From NCBI GenBank assembly GCA_050253075.1, contig JBFWJS010000002.1, positions 256,001 to 320,000 of the forward strand: DNA of 64,000 nucleotides, in the 5' to 3' direction. This document shows, one piece after another, positions 1 through 10,120 of the stretch (position 1 is its first letter; the number at the start of each line of letters is the position of its first letter). The notes below the pieces were generated by a model. The model was not told where the DNA came from and ran no database searches. It was given only the letters and a program-made list of their open reading frames with translations. The stretch comes from Deferribacterales bacterium (GTDB lineage Bacteria; Chrysiogenota; Deferribacteres; Deferribacterales; Geovibrionaceae). The position numbers were made by a program, and so were the translations under genes.

Positions 1-1050
1 AGGCATAACAGGGATAGGCTCTTTTGTACAGTCAACACCGGCGAAAACGAGGGAAAGTTCGTGGATACCAGGAAGTTTCTCCATAATGTTTTCAGCACCG
101 ATGTGGTCGATCTTAAGAAGAACGTGATCTTTCTTAGGACCAACACCGCGTCCCTGAAGAACCTCAAGAGCCATAGAACGAGAAACGATATCTCTAGGCG
201 CGAGGTCTTTAATAGTCGGAGCGTATCTCTCCATGAATCTTTCACCGGAATCATTGAGAAGGATACCACCCTCACCACGAACACCTTCAGTGATAAGGTT
301 ACCGGCTCCGTAGATGCCTGTTGGATGGAACTGGAAGAACTCCGCATCAGACCAGCTGTAGCCTTTTCTCATAGCGAGAGCAAGACCGTCACCTGTGTTG
401 ATGTGTGCGTTGGAGTTCGTCTGGAAGATACGGCAGTTACCGCCTGTAGCAAAAACAACAGCTTTTGCGTTGAAGACGTGAAGCTCACCGTTCTGGATAT
501 CGTAGCAGAGAACACCGTTAACGTGACCGTTATTTGTCAGGAGTTCAAGTGCGTAGAACTCGCTGTAGAAATGTGTTCCCTGATCAACTGATTTTTCATA
601 AAGAGTCTGAAGCATAGCGTGACCTGTACGGTCAGCAGCGTAGCATGCTCTTTTTACGGCTCTTTTACCGAACTCTGCAGTGTGGCCACCGAAAGGACGC
701 TGAGCGATTTTACCTTCTGGTGTTCTGGAGAACGGAAGACCGATGTGCTCAAGAGCGATGATCATCTCCGGAGCGAGTCTTGTCATGTATTCCGCAGCAT
801 CCTGGTCGCAGAGATAATCTGAACCTTTAACTGTGTCAAACATGTGCCAGTGCCAGTGGTCTTCTTCCAGGTTACCAAGTGACGCAGAGATACCGCCCTG
901 AGCCGAAATGGTGTGTGATCTGGTAGGATAAACCTCAGACACAACCGCTGTTTTGCAGTGTTGGGATGCTACCTGAGCCGCATTAAGACCGGCACCGCCC
1001 GCACCTACAACAACAACGTCAAACTTATGATATTCAACTTTTACTGACAT
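1..1050 (-). CDS. sdhA: Succinate dehydrogenase/fumarate reductase flavoprotein subunit (3' part outside window; not in ORF track)
   Basis: Manual translation from ATG at 1050: MSVKVEYHKFDVVVVGAGGAGL...TRSHTISAQGGISA (FAD-binding and covalent FAD His motif); SD AAGGAG upstream; follows sdhC/sdhD. Confidence 0.93.
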   Translation of the reverse strand, partial: MSVKVEYHKFDVVVVGAGGAGLNAAQVASQHCKTAVVSEVYPTRSHTISAQGGISASLGNLEEDHWHWHMFDTVKGSDYLCDQDAAEYMTRLAPEMIIALEHIGLPFSRTPEGKIAQRPFGGHTAEFGKRAVKRACYAADRTGHAMLQTLYEKSVDQGTHFYSEFYALELLTNNGHVNGVLCYDIQNGELHVFNAKAVVFATGGNCRIFQTNSNAHINTGDGLALAMRKGYSWSDAEFFQFHPTGIYGAGNLITEGVRGEGGILLNDSGERFMERYAPTIKDLAPRDIVSRSMALEVLQGRGVGPKKDHVLLKIDHIGAENIMEKLPGIHELSLVFAGVDCTKEPIPVMP

Positions 1051-1063
1051 ACCTTAATACTCC

Positions 1064-1378
1064 TTACATTACCTTAACGGCAAGAATAACAAGTGTTATA
1101 GCGAGTACCCAGTAGATACCGTAGATAACACCTCTCCAGCCTGCGCTGGCGACGTAATCGTCTGTGATCATTTTAAAGCCGTTAAATGTGTGAAATACAC
1201 CAAAAGCTGCGATAGGGGCCAGGATGTACTGCATCATGCCGGACTCGCCGCCTTTGATCATGGAGAAAAAGTGTACGAACACAACGAGGATCAGGATAAG
1301 ACCTGACACTCTTTGCATAAGCCATGCTACTGTACCAGCATCGCTGGTTCCCATATATTTGTAGTTTTTCATATCCAC
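1064..1378 (-). CDS. sdhD: Succinate dehydrogenase hydrophobic membrane anchor
   Basis: WLMQRVSG motif, three TM helices, FHTFNGFKMITDDY; lies between sdhC and sdhA. Confidence 0.85.
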   Translation of the reverse strand: MDMKNYKYMGTSDAGTVAWLMQRVSGLILILVVFVHFFSMIKGGESGMMQYILAPIAAFGVFHTFNGFKMITDDYVASAGWRGVIYGIYWVLAITLVILAVKVM

Positions 1379-1385
1379 TTCCCCC

Positions 1386-1742
1386 TTACGCTGTGAAGAT
1401 CGGTATTATACCGATGATGGTTATTACTAGTGTGAGAAAAACTACGGCCATAAAGTATTTCTTGAAAGTTTCTCTCTCTGCTGCCTGGCCGAATTCCATA
1501 AGGGCAATTCTCACGCCGTTGAACGCGTGGAATGAGAAACTAGCGAGAAAAAGTGCTTTCACTACTGAAAGCGCAACAACACTCTGAAATGGAGCTACTG
1601 CACCGGATACACCGAGTATGTGAAGTATCAGATAAAGTCCGATAATCACTCCAGTGATACGATGGAGAAGCCATGCTACCATTCCGGGGTGTTTGCGGTA
1701 CCCAGTTTTCTTAGGGTAGGTTACAAGGTCTTTCCTTGGCAT
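1386..1742 (-). CDS. sdhC: Succinate dehydrogenase cytochrome b556 subunit
   Basis: WLLHRITG and FHAFNGVRI motifs; start moved to ATG 1742 behind SD CAGGAG. Confidence 0.87.
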   Translation of the reverse strand: MPRKDLVTYPKKTGYRKHPGMVAWLLHRITGVIIGLYLILHILGVSGAVAPFQSVVALSVVKALFLASFSFHAFNGVRIALMEFGQAAERETFKKYFMAVVFLTLVITIIGIIPIFTA

Positions 1743-1831
1743 CTTACACTCCTGAAAAAAGTTTTTAAGATACAAACACTGTTAAAATCTCAATTATTTT
1801 AACTATCATAATGAGTATAGCATGTCAACCA

Positions 1832-1845
1832 GATTGTATACAATA
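1832..1845. promoter_or_regulatory. Palindrome ATTGTATACAAT, candidate GntR/FadR-family operator upstream of sdhC
   Basis: Perfect 12-bp palindrome about 90 bp upstream of the sdhC start, resembling the GntR-family NNTGTATACANN core. Confidence 0.45.
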
Positions 1846-2342
1846 TACATGAAATAAATCATATTTTCCCAATAAAACAAACGATTCCAGAATGTCACAC
1901 GAAAATTCGAGTTTTTTAAACTCTGTTATAAAAATCGAAGGATAAATTTATTAAATAGGCTTTATCGGGTCTCATTATAACAACCGCCTTCTATGTATTA
2001 TATGCACGTATGTAACTAAAATATTAAGCCGTATTCATCTTTATTTCAAACATTTCAGGCGGGTTGGATATCACCTTTTGAATATGTTATTATCATATTA
2101 TTATATGCAGACGACGCATAAAAGCCGAAACAGCGGCGTGGATATCCGCATATAAATGCACAATACGAGAACAAAACAGGAAAGCAGTCACACACACAGG
2201 CGAGGCGGGCGCATGTGAAAACCGCCGAAATAGTTTATTTCACAATGGTTTTTTATGTCGCAAACACTAAGTATCCCTGTTGACAAAGTACCTGTGAAAC
2301 GTTTTAATTAGTTTACACTCATTGCATCACCGGGGAGCGAAA

Positions 2343-2897
2343 ATGGATTTTGACATCAGCAGGGAAAACCGCTGTCTACTTTTGAAAACCGCCCGTGCCA
2401 GCATAAAGGCAAAGCAGATCGGAGAAACATTCGAGCTGCCCGAAACCCGTGAGGGGCTGGACTTCATGAGCGGCTGCTTCGTGACCATACACCTGCGGGG
2501 GAGACTGCGTGGATGTATAGGCAATTTCCGTGATGACGTGAATATAATCGAAAACGTGGCTGACATGGCATGCCAGGCGGCATTCGCCGACCCCCGCTTC
2601 GGTCCCGTATCAATAGACGAGCTCTGCATGTGCGACATAGAGATATCAGTGCTCTCTCCCATGATAAAAGCAAAAGCAGAAGATATAACCGTCGGACGTG
2701 ACGGCATATACATAATAAAAGGCTTCAGCAGAGGCGTACTGCTCCCTCAGGTCGCCACCGAACACGACTGGGACGCCGAGACATTCCTCAGCCAGACCTG
2801 TGTAAAGGCAGGGCTCCAGCCCGAGGCGTGGAAAGACCCGGAGACAGAAATACTCCGCTTCGAAGCATTAGTATTCCAGGAGAATAACCTTATTTAA
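2343..2897 (+). CDS. AMMECR1-domain protein (AmmeMemoRadiSam system protein A)
   Basis: GCFVTI..LRGCIG, AAFADPRF, IEISVLSP, GVLLPQVA motifs; ATG 2343 after GGAG. Confidence 0.92.
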   Translation: MDFDISRENRCLLLKTARASIKAKQIGETFELPETREGLDFMSGCFVTIHLRGRLRGCIGNFRDDVNIIENVADMACQAAFADPRFGPVSIDELCMCDIEISVLSPMIKAKAEDITVGRDGIYIIKGFSRGVLLPQVATEHDWDAETFLSQTCVKAGLQPEAWKDPETEILRFEALVFQENNLI

Positions 2898-2912
2898 ATA
2901 AAGAGGTAATTT

Positions 2913-4598
2913 ATGAAAAAAACATACGTATGGAAAGTCGGCGGGCCTGCCGGTTTCGGTATCAGCTCAATAGGCCCGGTATTTGCGAATATCCTTAAGA
3001 AATGCGGGTATTACGTGCACGGATACCTTGAGTACCCGTCACTCATCAGAGGCGGATACAACAGTTATCAGATGGTCTTCTCCAGAGACCCTGTCTTTGC
3101 TCCGAAAGAGCGCATTGACCTTTACATCGCTCTGGCGGATGTCTGCTTTGAAAAGGAGAAGTTCGACGACGACACTGTCGTGATAGGTGATTTTGAAAAT
3201 CTGAAAAAAGCGGACGGCATAAAGGGTGAGAAGCTCGATGTGCCCCTTGCAAAACTCATAGAGGAGATCGACGGTAAAGATATCATGAAGAACACCGCCG
3301 CTCTCGGAGCATCCATCGCAGCCCTCGGACTGCCGAAGGATGTTATGGAAGAGGTCGTGCGTGCCAGCTATCCCGAAAAGATCGCCGGAGCAAACGTTCA
3401 GGCTGCCGTAGCGGGATACGATGCCTGCCACTGCAAGGTGACAGGGCTCGACTTCACACCTGCCGAGGAATGCACGAAACAGGCATTCATAAACGGTAAC
3501 GAGGCTGTCAGCATCGGTGCTATCAGCGCAGGGATGAACTTCTTCAGCACATACCCCATGACTCCTGCGAGCTCCATCCTCCATTTCCTCGCTAAGCAGG
3601 CGAGAGACTTCGGCATCGTAGTCAAACACGCCGAAGACGAGATATCAGGCATAAACATGGCTGTCGGTGCTGCCCACGCAGGCGCAAGATCCATGACAGG
3701 TACATCAGGCGGAGGTTTCGCACTGATGAACGAAGGCTTCGGACTCGCAGCCATCACAGAGACACCTATCGTCGTAGCCCTCTCCCAGAGACCGGGCCCT
3801 GCGACAGGGATGCCCACATGGACAGAGCAAGGCGACCTGCACTATGCGCTGAACGCTTCTCAGGGGGAATTCCTCCGTGCGGTACTCACACCGGGAGACG
3901 TGGAAGAAGCATATAAATTTACATTCGACGCTTTCAACATAGCAGAAAAGTATCAGATCCCCGTGATCGTACTCCTCGACAAGTTCCTTTCCGAATCCGT
4001 CTTCATGGGTAAGATGGACTCTGACTACGGCTCTATAGACAGAGGCCTGATGTTTGAAGGGAATAAAGAAGAGCCTTACGCTCACTATACCAGATATAAA
4101 GAGACCAAGAACGGCGTCTGCACACGCAGTATGATGGGTACAGAGGGCGGACTTTTCATCGCCAGCAGTAACGAACACGACGCATACGGGTTCGTATCCG
4201 ACGCTGCCGATAACAGGATAGTACAGACAGACCGCAGGTTTGCCAAAGAGCCATACGTTGCGGAAGAGATGCCTCAGCCTTACCTCATAGGTAAAGAGGA
4301 TGCGAAGCTGACATTCGTATGCTTCGGCTCGATGAAACAGTGCCTGCTGGAGGCTATGGACTTCGACGACAGATTCAACTTCGTCTATTTCCCGGCCGTA
4401 CACCCTATCAAATGGGACAAGGCCGCAGAGCTGCTTAAGGGCAGGAACCTTGTAGCTTTCGAAAACAACAAAACAGCCCAGCTAGCCGGACTGATATCTA
4501 AAATGACAGGAATCATGATAGAAGATAAATTCCTTAAATACGACGGAAGACCATTCTTCACCGAAGAGATCCTCGAATACGTCAAGGAGGTGCTTTAA
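2913..4598 (+). CDS. 2-oxoacid:ferredoxin oxidoreductase alpha subunit (KorA-like, fused gamma domain)
   Basis: GGPAGFGI, YPSLIRGG, YPMTPAS, EDEISG, QRPGPATGMPT motifs. Confidence 0.93.
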   Translation: MKKTYVWKVGGPAGFGISSIGPVFANILKKCGYYVHGYLEYPSLIRGGYNSYQMVFSRDPVFAPKERIDLYIALADVCFEKEKFDDDTVVIGDFENLKKADGIKGEKLDVPLAKLIEEIDGKDIMKNTAALGASIAALGLPKDVMEEVVRASYPEKIAGANVQAAVAGYDACHCKVTGLDFTPAEECTKQAFINGNEAVSIGAISAGMNFFSTYPMTPASSILHFLAKQARDFGIVVKHAEDEISGINMAVGAAHAGARSMTGTSGGGFALMNEGFGLAAITETPIVVALSQRPGPATGMPTWTEQGDLHYALNASQGEFLRAVLTPGDVEEAYKFTFDAFNIAEKYQIPVIVLLDKFLSESVFMGKMDSDYGSIDRGLMFEGNKEEPYAHYTRYKETKNGVCTRSMMGTEGGLFIASSNEHDAYGFVSDAADNRIVQTDRRFAKEPYVAEEMPQPYLIGKEDAKLTFVCFGSMKQCLLEAMDFDDRFNFVYFPAVHPIKWDKAAELLKGRNLVAFENNKTAQLAGLISKMTGIMIEDKFLKYDGRPFFTEEILEYVKEVL

Positions 4599-5419
4599 TG
4601 AAACCGTTAGACTATAACACCGGGAAAGTTCCCGTATGGTGCCCCGGATGCGGTAACTTCTCCATCTGGAACAGCATCAAAAAAGCCCTCGCAAGCGTTG
4701 ATCAGGAGCCGAACAAGCTAGCCCTTGTTTCAGGTATCGGATGCTCCGGTAAGATGGTGAACCACGTGCGCAGCTACGCTTTCCACGCTCTGCACGGAAG
4801 GACGCTCCCAGTTGCCACAGGCATAAAGCTCGCAAACCCTGAGATGACAGTTCTCGTGAACGGCGGTGACGGCGACGGATACGGCATGGGTGTGGGACAC
4901 CTCGTCCACGCTATCCGCAGAAACATCGACGTGACATACATCGTACACCATAACAAAGTATATGGACTCACCACGGGTCAGGCCGCTCCTACATCCCCAG
5001 AGGGGACAGTGAGCAAGTCTACACCGTTCGGCGTTGTGGATGCACAGATCAACCCGCTGATACTCGCCATGTCCCTCGGCGCAACATACGTAGCCAGAGG
5101 ATATTCGGGTGAATCTGATCAGCTCGCAGAGCTCATCGCAGGCGGGATAAAGCACAAAGGCTTCGCCATCATAGACGTGCTTCAGCCTTGTGTGACATTC
5201 GGCGGAAAGTATAAATATGACTATTACGACGAAAGAGTAGAAAAGCTGGAAGAGGTACCAAGCCCAGAAAAGGCAATTCAGCTCGCCACCGAGCCAGAGA
5301 AATTCTATCTCGGCGTATACAGCAAATACGACAGACCTGCATACAACGAACTGCACCCGGAGATTTCACCGGAGATCAAAAAGAAGGATGTTTCCTCACT
5401 GATAAAGCAGTATGTATAA
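4598..5419 (+). CDS. 2-oxoacid:ferredoxin oxidoreductase beta subunit (KorB-like)
   Basis: WCPGCGN, SGIGCSG, GDGDG TPP motif, YGLTTGQ, QPCVTF; start overlaps the alpha stop. Confidence 0.93.
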   Translation: MKPLDYNTGKVPVWCPGCGNFSIWNSIKKALASVDQEPNKLALVSGIGCSGKMVNHVRSYAFHALHGRTLPVATGIKLANPEMTVLVNGGDGDGYGMGVGHLVHAIRRNIDVTYIVHHNKVYGLTTGQAAPTSPEGTVSKSTPFGVVDAQINPLILAMSLGATYVARGYSGESDQLAELIAGGIKHKGFAIIDVLQPCVTFGGKYKYDYYDERVEKLEEVPSPEKAIQLATEPEKFYLGVYSKYDRPAYNELHPEISPEIKKKDVSSLIKQYV

Positions 5420-5442
5420 AATGATTAAGACCCTCAAGCGAG

Positions 5443-5673
5443 CAAGGGACTTAAAAGACGTGTTGAAATTTTGAAGTAAAATAAGAAAAACCCCAATTTT
5501 AATAATAAGATTGGGGTTTTTATATTTCAGGAAAATTTTTTCGTCATCCTGAGGCTTTAGCCGAAGGATCTAAACACATGGATTCTCTAATGGTATCAGA
5601 TTCTTCGCTCCGCTCAGAATGACGTAGCTTTGTTTGTTTTAGAGATTCTGCAAAAAATCTTTTAAGGGGCTAG
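5443..5673. mobile_element. MITE copy 1 (231 bp) with imperfect terminal inverted repeats and an internal CGTC-type REP pair
   Basis: Reverse-complement homolog of 14055-14285; ends ...TTAAAAGACGTGTTG / CAAAAAATCTTTTAA...; flanked by CTCAAGCGAG (5433-5442) and CTCAAACGAG (5674-5683). Confidence 0.75.
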
Positions 5674-5692
5674 CTCAAACGAGGGGCTTTTT

Positions 5693-6733
5693 TTATCTGA
5701 AGATTTTCTGTTTGACAGATATCAGCGTGATAGCCGTGAGGAACATGCCCGCCGTCAGCATGGCAAATAGCCCGAAGGACTCGTCTTCCCCTGCAAAGGC
5801 TTTGAAACCAAGCCCAGATTCGGAAAAGACCACATCCGTAAGCACCGCAAAAGCAAGTGTCACAGTCACTATGGATATCAGATATATGAACATACCCCTC
5901 TTACCCAGCATGGTTTTGATAACGTTGATCGCCACCATATTTGTGGCAGGTGCACCCGCAAGGAATACAAACGCAGCCCCCGGTGAAAATCCCGCAAGGA
6001 TAAGCGAAAGCGCAACGGGTATCGCAGAGATGGAACAAACATAAAGAGGTATCCCCACCGCAAATGCGATAAGGTATCCGCCCACAAGCCCGAAGCTGCC
6101 TGACGTGATATTCGTATCCACCAGAAGCGTGATGGCAGCCGCCAGTATAAGACCCGTGAGGAGCGGATAGGCGATATCGCCCAACAGCTCTACAAAGGCA
6201 TATCTGAATATATTCTTAACTCTTTCTACCAGATTTGGCTTTTTAACCTCTGCCTCGGCTTCCGAACCGCAGCAGCATCCTGAACAGCAGCTTGTCTCCT
6301 GCTTTATCTCCATATCCCCGTCAGATGTGAAGAGGTCTGTCAGCACCCCCGCAATGATCGCCGCAACCGAAGCGCTGACCACACGGAAAAGCGTGATAAC
6401 CCATCCGAAAACGCCGTAAGTGGCTATGATGGAGTCTGCACCCGTCATAGGTGTGGAGATGTAAAAGCTGACAACGGCACCCTTCCCCGCACCGCTCTTT
6501 CGCAGTGATGCCGCAAGGGGGATAACCCCGCAAGAGCATATAGGGAGGGGAAGCCCGATCAAGGCTGCCTTTACCGAAGAGCCCAAGCCCTTCCCTCCGA
6601 GGTTCTTTTTGATAAAATCATCAGAGATGAATTCCCTGATAAGTCCTGCCGTGATAAGTCCGAAGATGATATATCCGTGCATCAACACTGTCATTTCCCA
6701 CAGTGAAGCAAAGTATCTTGATATTAATTCCAT
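5693..6733 (-). CDS. DUF318/SO_0444-like permease (putative metal efflux)
   Basis: PICSCGVIP and PLYVCS motifs, multiple TM helices, Cys-rich loop SCCSGCCCG. Confidence 0.85.
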   Translation of the reverse strand: MELISRYFASLWEMTVLMHGYIIFGLITAGLIREFISDDFIKKNLGGKGLGSSVKAALIGLPLPICSCGVIPLAASLRKSGAGKGAVVSFYISTPMTGADSIIATYGVFGWVITLFRVVSASVAAIIAGVLTDLFTSDGDMEIKQETSCCSGCCCGSEAEAEVKKPNLVERVKNIFRYAFVELLGDIAYPLLTGLILAAAITLLVDTNITSGSFGLVGGYLIAFAVGIPLYVCSISAIPVALSLILAGFSPGAAFVFLAGAPATNMVAINVIKTMLGKRGMFIYLISIVTVTLAFAVLTDVVFSESGLGFKAFAGEDESFGLFAMLTAGMFLTAITLISVKQKIFR

Positions 6734-6911
6734 TAGTGATCCTTAAATGAATTTACGCTTTTATAAATAATCTTAAAAAATATGATGTCAATAAATATTT
6801 GTTACTTATGAACATTTGCGCAATATGCATTTATACATAAATTTGAATAATTACTTTTCGATAAAAATTACTATTTACAAGCCATGCATATTCCTTTAAA
6901 GTTTATCAAGC

Positions 6912-6927
6912 GATAATGATTATTATC
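6912..6927. promoter_or_regulatory. Fur/PerR-like box upstream of cytochrome c peroxidase
   Basis: GATAATGATTATTATC, close to the Fur consensus GATAATGATAATCATTATC, about 20 bp before the ATG. Confidence 0.65.
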
Positions 6928-6949
6928 TATAGTTCATTGGAGGTTTTAT

Positions 6950-8011
6950 ATGAACACAGCAACCAAATCCGTTAATCTCAGCAAACTCGTGCTGACAGCT
7001 CTCGTTATGGCTGTACTCACTGTTTCAGCCTATGCGAAGGACTCTGTAATGAAAGAAGCCCAAGGCATATTCCAGCCGATTCCTTTTTATCCGCCTGCAA
7101 TAGAGGGTAATGCCGCTACTGCAGAAAAGATCGAGCTCGGTAAAATGCTCTTCTTCGACCCGAGGCTTTCAAAAAGCGGCTTTATAAGCTGTAACTCCTG
7201 CCACAATGTTGGTATGGGCGGTATTGACTATCAGGAAACATCCACAGGTCACGGATGGAAACAAGGTCCGAGAAACGCTCCGACGGTTCTCAACTCCGTA
7301 TTCAACGTAGCCCAGTTCTGGGATGGACGTGCGAAAGACCTCGCTGAGCAGGCAAAAGGCCCGGTTCAGGCTGGTGTTGAAATGAACAATACTCCTGAGA
7401 ATGTTGTAAAAACACTCAAGAGCATGCCTGAATACATCGAACTCTTCAAAGTATCATTCCCCGGTGAAAAAGACCCTGTAACATTCGACAACATGGCTAA
7501 GGCTATCGAAGTTTTCGAAGCTACTCTTATTACACCGGATTCAAGATTTGATAAATACCTCAGAGGCGACGAAGGCGCTCTCTCCAAAGATGAGAAAGCA
7601 GGCCTTAAGATATTCATGGACAACGGATGCTCTGCTTGTCACGGCGGCGTCAACATGGGCGGTGACGATTACTATGCCATGGGCGTAGTGAACATGCCCG
7701 GTAAAGACATCATGGCGGGCGACAAAGGACGCTTCTCCGTTACTCATGCTAAAGACGACGAATTCATGTTCAAGTCTCCGTCTCTTAGAAACATCCAGAT
7801 CACACCTCCTTACTTCCACTCCGGTAAAGTGTGGGCTCTCGAGGAAGCTGTGGCTGTAATGAACGACTCACAGATCGGCGCAAACCTTTCTGCTGACGAT
7901 ATCGCGAAGATAACAAAGTTTCTTCTCACTACAACAGGCGTACAGCCGGTAGTTGCATACCCTATACTCCCTGCTCCTACAAACGACACACTTAAACCTG
8001 CGCTTGACTAA
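6950..8011 (+). CDS. ccp: Di-heme cytochrome c peroxidase
   Basis: Signal peptide; two CxxCH motifs (CNSCH, CSACH); LGKMLFFDPRLS, QFWDGRA, FKSPSLRNI. Confidence 0.93.
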   Translation: MNTATKSVNLSKLVLTALVMAVLTVSAYAKDSVMKEAQGIFQPIPFYPPAIEGNAATAEKIELGKMLFFDPRLSKSGFISCNSCHNVGMGGIDYQETSTGHGWKQGPRNAPTVLNSVFNVAQFWDGRAKDLAEQAKGPVQAGVEMNNTPENVVKTLKSMPEYIELFKVSFPGEKDPVTFDNMAKAIEVFEATLITPDSRFDKYLRGDEGALSKDEKAGLKIFMDNGCSACHGGVNMGGDDYYAMGVVNMPGKDIMAGDKGRFSVTHAKDDEFMFKSPSLRNIQITPPYFHSGKVWALEEAVAVMNDSQIGANLSADDIAKITKFLLTTTGVQPVVAYPILPAPTNDTLKPALD

Positions 8012-8040
8012 CCCCGGAATAAGGCAAACGTTGGTTATTT

Positions 8041-8072
8041 AAGGCGGTGCTGTATTGTACCGCCTTTTTTTT
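8041..8072 (+). terminator. Rho-independent terminator after ccp
   Basis: AAGGCGGT...ACCGCCTT stem followed by a T-run. Confidence 0.8.
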
Positions 8073-8190
8073 ACCCTTACATCTAATAATAATTAATCTT
8101 TATTAATAAAAATTATTGACAAGTATATCGGTAGATGATATATATCGCTATATAGAACATCTTGAATATTTAAAAAAAGGAGAAAATAAT

Positions 8191-8850
8191 ATGAACGAAT
8201 TTCAAATGCCTACACTGGGAGAAAAATTCCCTGAGATGGAAGTAAAGACAACACACGGAATGATGAAACTGCCTGATGCATATGCGGGCAAATGGTTTGT
8301 ACTCTTCAGCCACCCGGGCGACTTCACACCTGTATGTACTACAGAGTTCGTAGAGTTTCAGAACATGGCAGCAGAGTTCAAGGCCGTTAACTGTGAGCTG
8401 ATAGGCGCATCCGTTGACCAGGTATTCTCTCACATCAAATGGGTAGACTGGATAGAAGAAAAGCTCGGCGTAAAGATCGAGTTCCCTGTTATCGCTGACG
8501 AGCTCGGCCGTGTGGCTAGCAGGCTCGGCATGATACACAGCGGTAAAGGCACAAATACAGTGCGTGCCGTATTCATCGTAGACGACAAAGGCACAGTGCG
8601 CATAGTGCTCTACTACCCGCAGGAGATAGGCAGAAACATAGATGAAGTTCTCAGAGCCGTGAAAGCCCTGCAGAAATCCGATAAAGACGGCGTGGCAACA
8701 CCTGCCAACTGGCCGAATAACAAAGTGCTGGCAGACAGAGTTATCGTTCCGCCTGCACCGGATGAAAAGACTAAAGCAGCAAGACTCGCCTCAGCAGAAA
8801 AAGGCGAAATAGAGTGTTATGACTGGTGGTTTTGCCACAAGTCAAAGTAA
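8191..8850 (+). CDS. Peroxiredoxin (Prx6/TDXH type)
   Basis: [24 protein letters not shown]-terminal CYDWWFC; start moved to ATG 8191 after AGGAG. Confidence 0.93.
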   Translation: MNEFQMPTLGEKFPEMEVKTTHGMMKLPDAYAGKWFVLFSHPGDFTPVCTTEFVEFQNMAAEFKAVNCELIGASVDQVFSHIKWVDWIEEKLGVKIEFPVIADELGRVASRLGMIHSGKGTNTVRAVFIVDDKGTVRIVLYYPQEIGRNIDEVLRAVKALQKSDKDGVATPANWPNNKVLADRVIVPPAPDEKTKAARLASAEKGEIECYDWWFCHKSK

Positions 8851-8901
8851 CAACAACCTCCTGCCCTTTAAAAAGCCCCCGTGTCTGACGATGCGGGGGT
8901 T

Positions 8902-9960
8902 TTATTTTGCCGTATTTTCAAAGAGGGACTGATATTCCCCTTTCAGATTTTCCCAGTAGAAGCGAGACATGTCGCACTTTTCCTGCGGTCTGTTCAGGAT
9001 GAGCTCTGCACAGTGCTCCGCCTCTTCATATATATCGTCAGAGCAGGCATACAGATACTTTTTATCGAATATCTCCGTATAGGCGACCCTCTGCGGTAAA
9101 ACGGGAACACACCCTGCATCCGCAGCCTCTATGACAGACAGACCCTGAAAATCGTGCAGAGAGGTCGAGATTATCACATTGCTTGATGCGACAACATCCT
9201 CGTAGCCCTCCCTTGTGGGGGCGTAGCCCTCGTGGTCTATGTGGTCGGCGAATTCTTTCATTATCTCGCCATAGCTCTCGGGAGTGTTTCGAAATGTCTG
9301 TCCTGCCAGATTCAGCCTGAAATCAGCGCCACGCCTCTTAAGAGAACGCAGTACGGCGAGGAAACGTTCAGGAGCCTTATCATATTCCCACCTGTGGTTC
9401 CATAGGATGACAGGCTTACCGTCTGTGTCTACGCCCTTTTTCACAGGGTAAACGGGCACACTGATGACACGGCTCTTCGCCTTTATCATGTCTACGAGCC
9501 CTGCTGGCACATGGTCTGGCATTTTTTTCAGCAGAGCCGATGCGCCTTTTAAAAAGCTCTGCCTGTTGTATTCGGTATTAAAGACCACAGTGTCGGCGGC
9601 GAGAGCGTTGTATATGGATGTTATCTTTGTCTCCACCGTGCCGTATTCCGACCTGTTTTCGGGATAGTCAAACTGGTTCTCATGGAAATATACTATCAGC
9701 GGAGTGTGCGCCAGCTCAGGCACAAAGCCCCGCAGGGATGTTATATCCGTCAGAGATGTGGCAAATATGAGATCATAGCCCTTTGTCAGCTCTTCTCTGT
9801 TTTCAAAGGCAAAGCTGAGGCTGTTCCCCTTTGTCCGCCATGCAAAAAACCTCGGAGGCAGACCGAGCAGCGTGAAATCCGCATCGATATTGCTCATTAG
9901 CCCGCTATTAAGCTGTTTATGACTGACGGCATCATAGGCAGAAAGTATAAGGACTCTCAT
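8902..9960 (-). CDS. DUF3524 + GT-B glycosyltransferase (GTDC1 / tRNA-queuosine alpha-mannosyltransferase-like)
   Basis: LPPRFFAWR, VYFHENQFDYP, LWNHRWEYDKAP, HDFQGLSVIEA motifs typical of DUF3524/GTDC1. Confidence 0.8.
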   Translation of the reverse strand: MRVLILSAYDAVSHKQLNSGLMSNIDADFTLLGLPPRFFAWRTKGNSLSFAFENREELTKGYDLIFATSLTDITSLRGFVPELAHTPLIVYFHENQFDYPENRSEYGTVETKITSIYNALAADTVVFNTEYNRQSFLKGASALLKKMPDHVPAGLVDMIKAKSRVISVPVYPVKKGVDTDGKPVILWNHRWEYDKAPERFLAVLRSLKRRGADFRLNLAGQTFRNTPESYGEIMKEFADHIDHEGYAPTREGYEDVVASSNVIISTSLHDFQGLSVIEAADAGCVPVLPQRVAYTEIFDKKYLYACSDDIYEEAEHCAELILNRPQEKCDMSRFYWENLKGEYQSLFENTAK

Positions 9961-10003
9961 ATCAAACCTCCGAAACGGAGTATATCATTGATAAATTCAG
10001 AAA

Positions 10004-10120
10004 GAAATAGCCCTCTGGCCGGGGTAAAGACAGAGGGCTAATCAGGAAACAAGATAGAAAATTTACAAATGATGATCGGTCGCCGGTCGCAGACCGGATG
10101 TTGAGGATGACCGATATCTG
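10004..10120 (-). ncRNA. Candidate sRNA divergent from the STAND/BTAD regulator
   Basis: -10 TATATT (10127-10132, minus); nested hairpin ATCGGTC..CCGGTC-TGC-GACCGG..GACCGAT; terminator stem 10008-10017/10031-10040 followed by U-rich tail; no ORF. Confidence 0.45.

Noticed and set aside
61..822. Plus-strand ORFs 61..591 and 619..822
   Set aside because: Antisense shadows of sdhA, which the ORF track missed because it runs off the window edge
1800..2320. Hidden gene or RNA in the long sdhC-AMMECR1 intergenic region
   Set aside because: AT-rich divergent promoter region; I could not identify a convincing ORF, terminator-bounded unit or stable structure
10004..10120. preQ1 or other known riboswitch upstream of the queuosine-glycosyltransferase-like gene
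   Set aside because: No match to consensus motifs I can recall, and the gene has its own promoter-like element; kept only as an sRNA candidate
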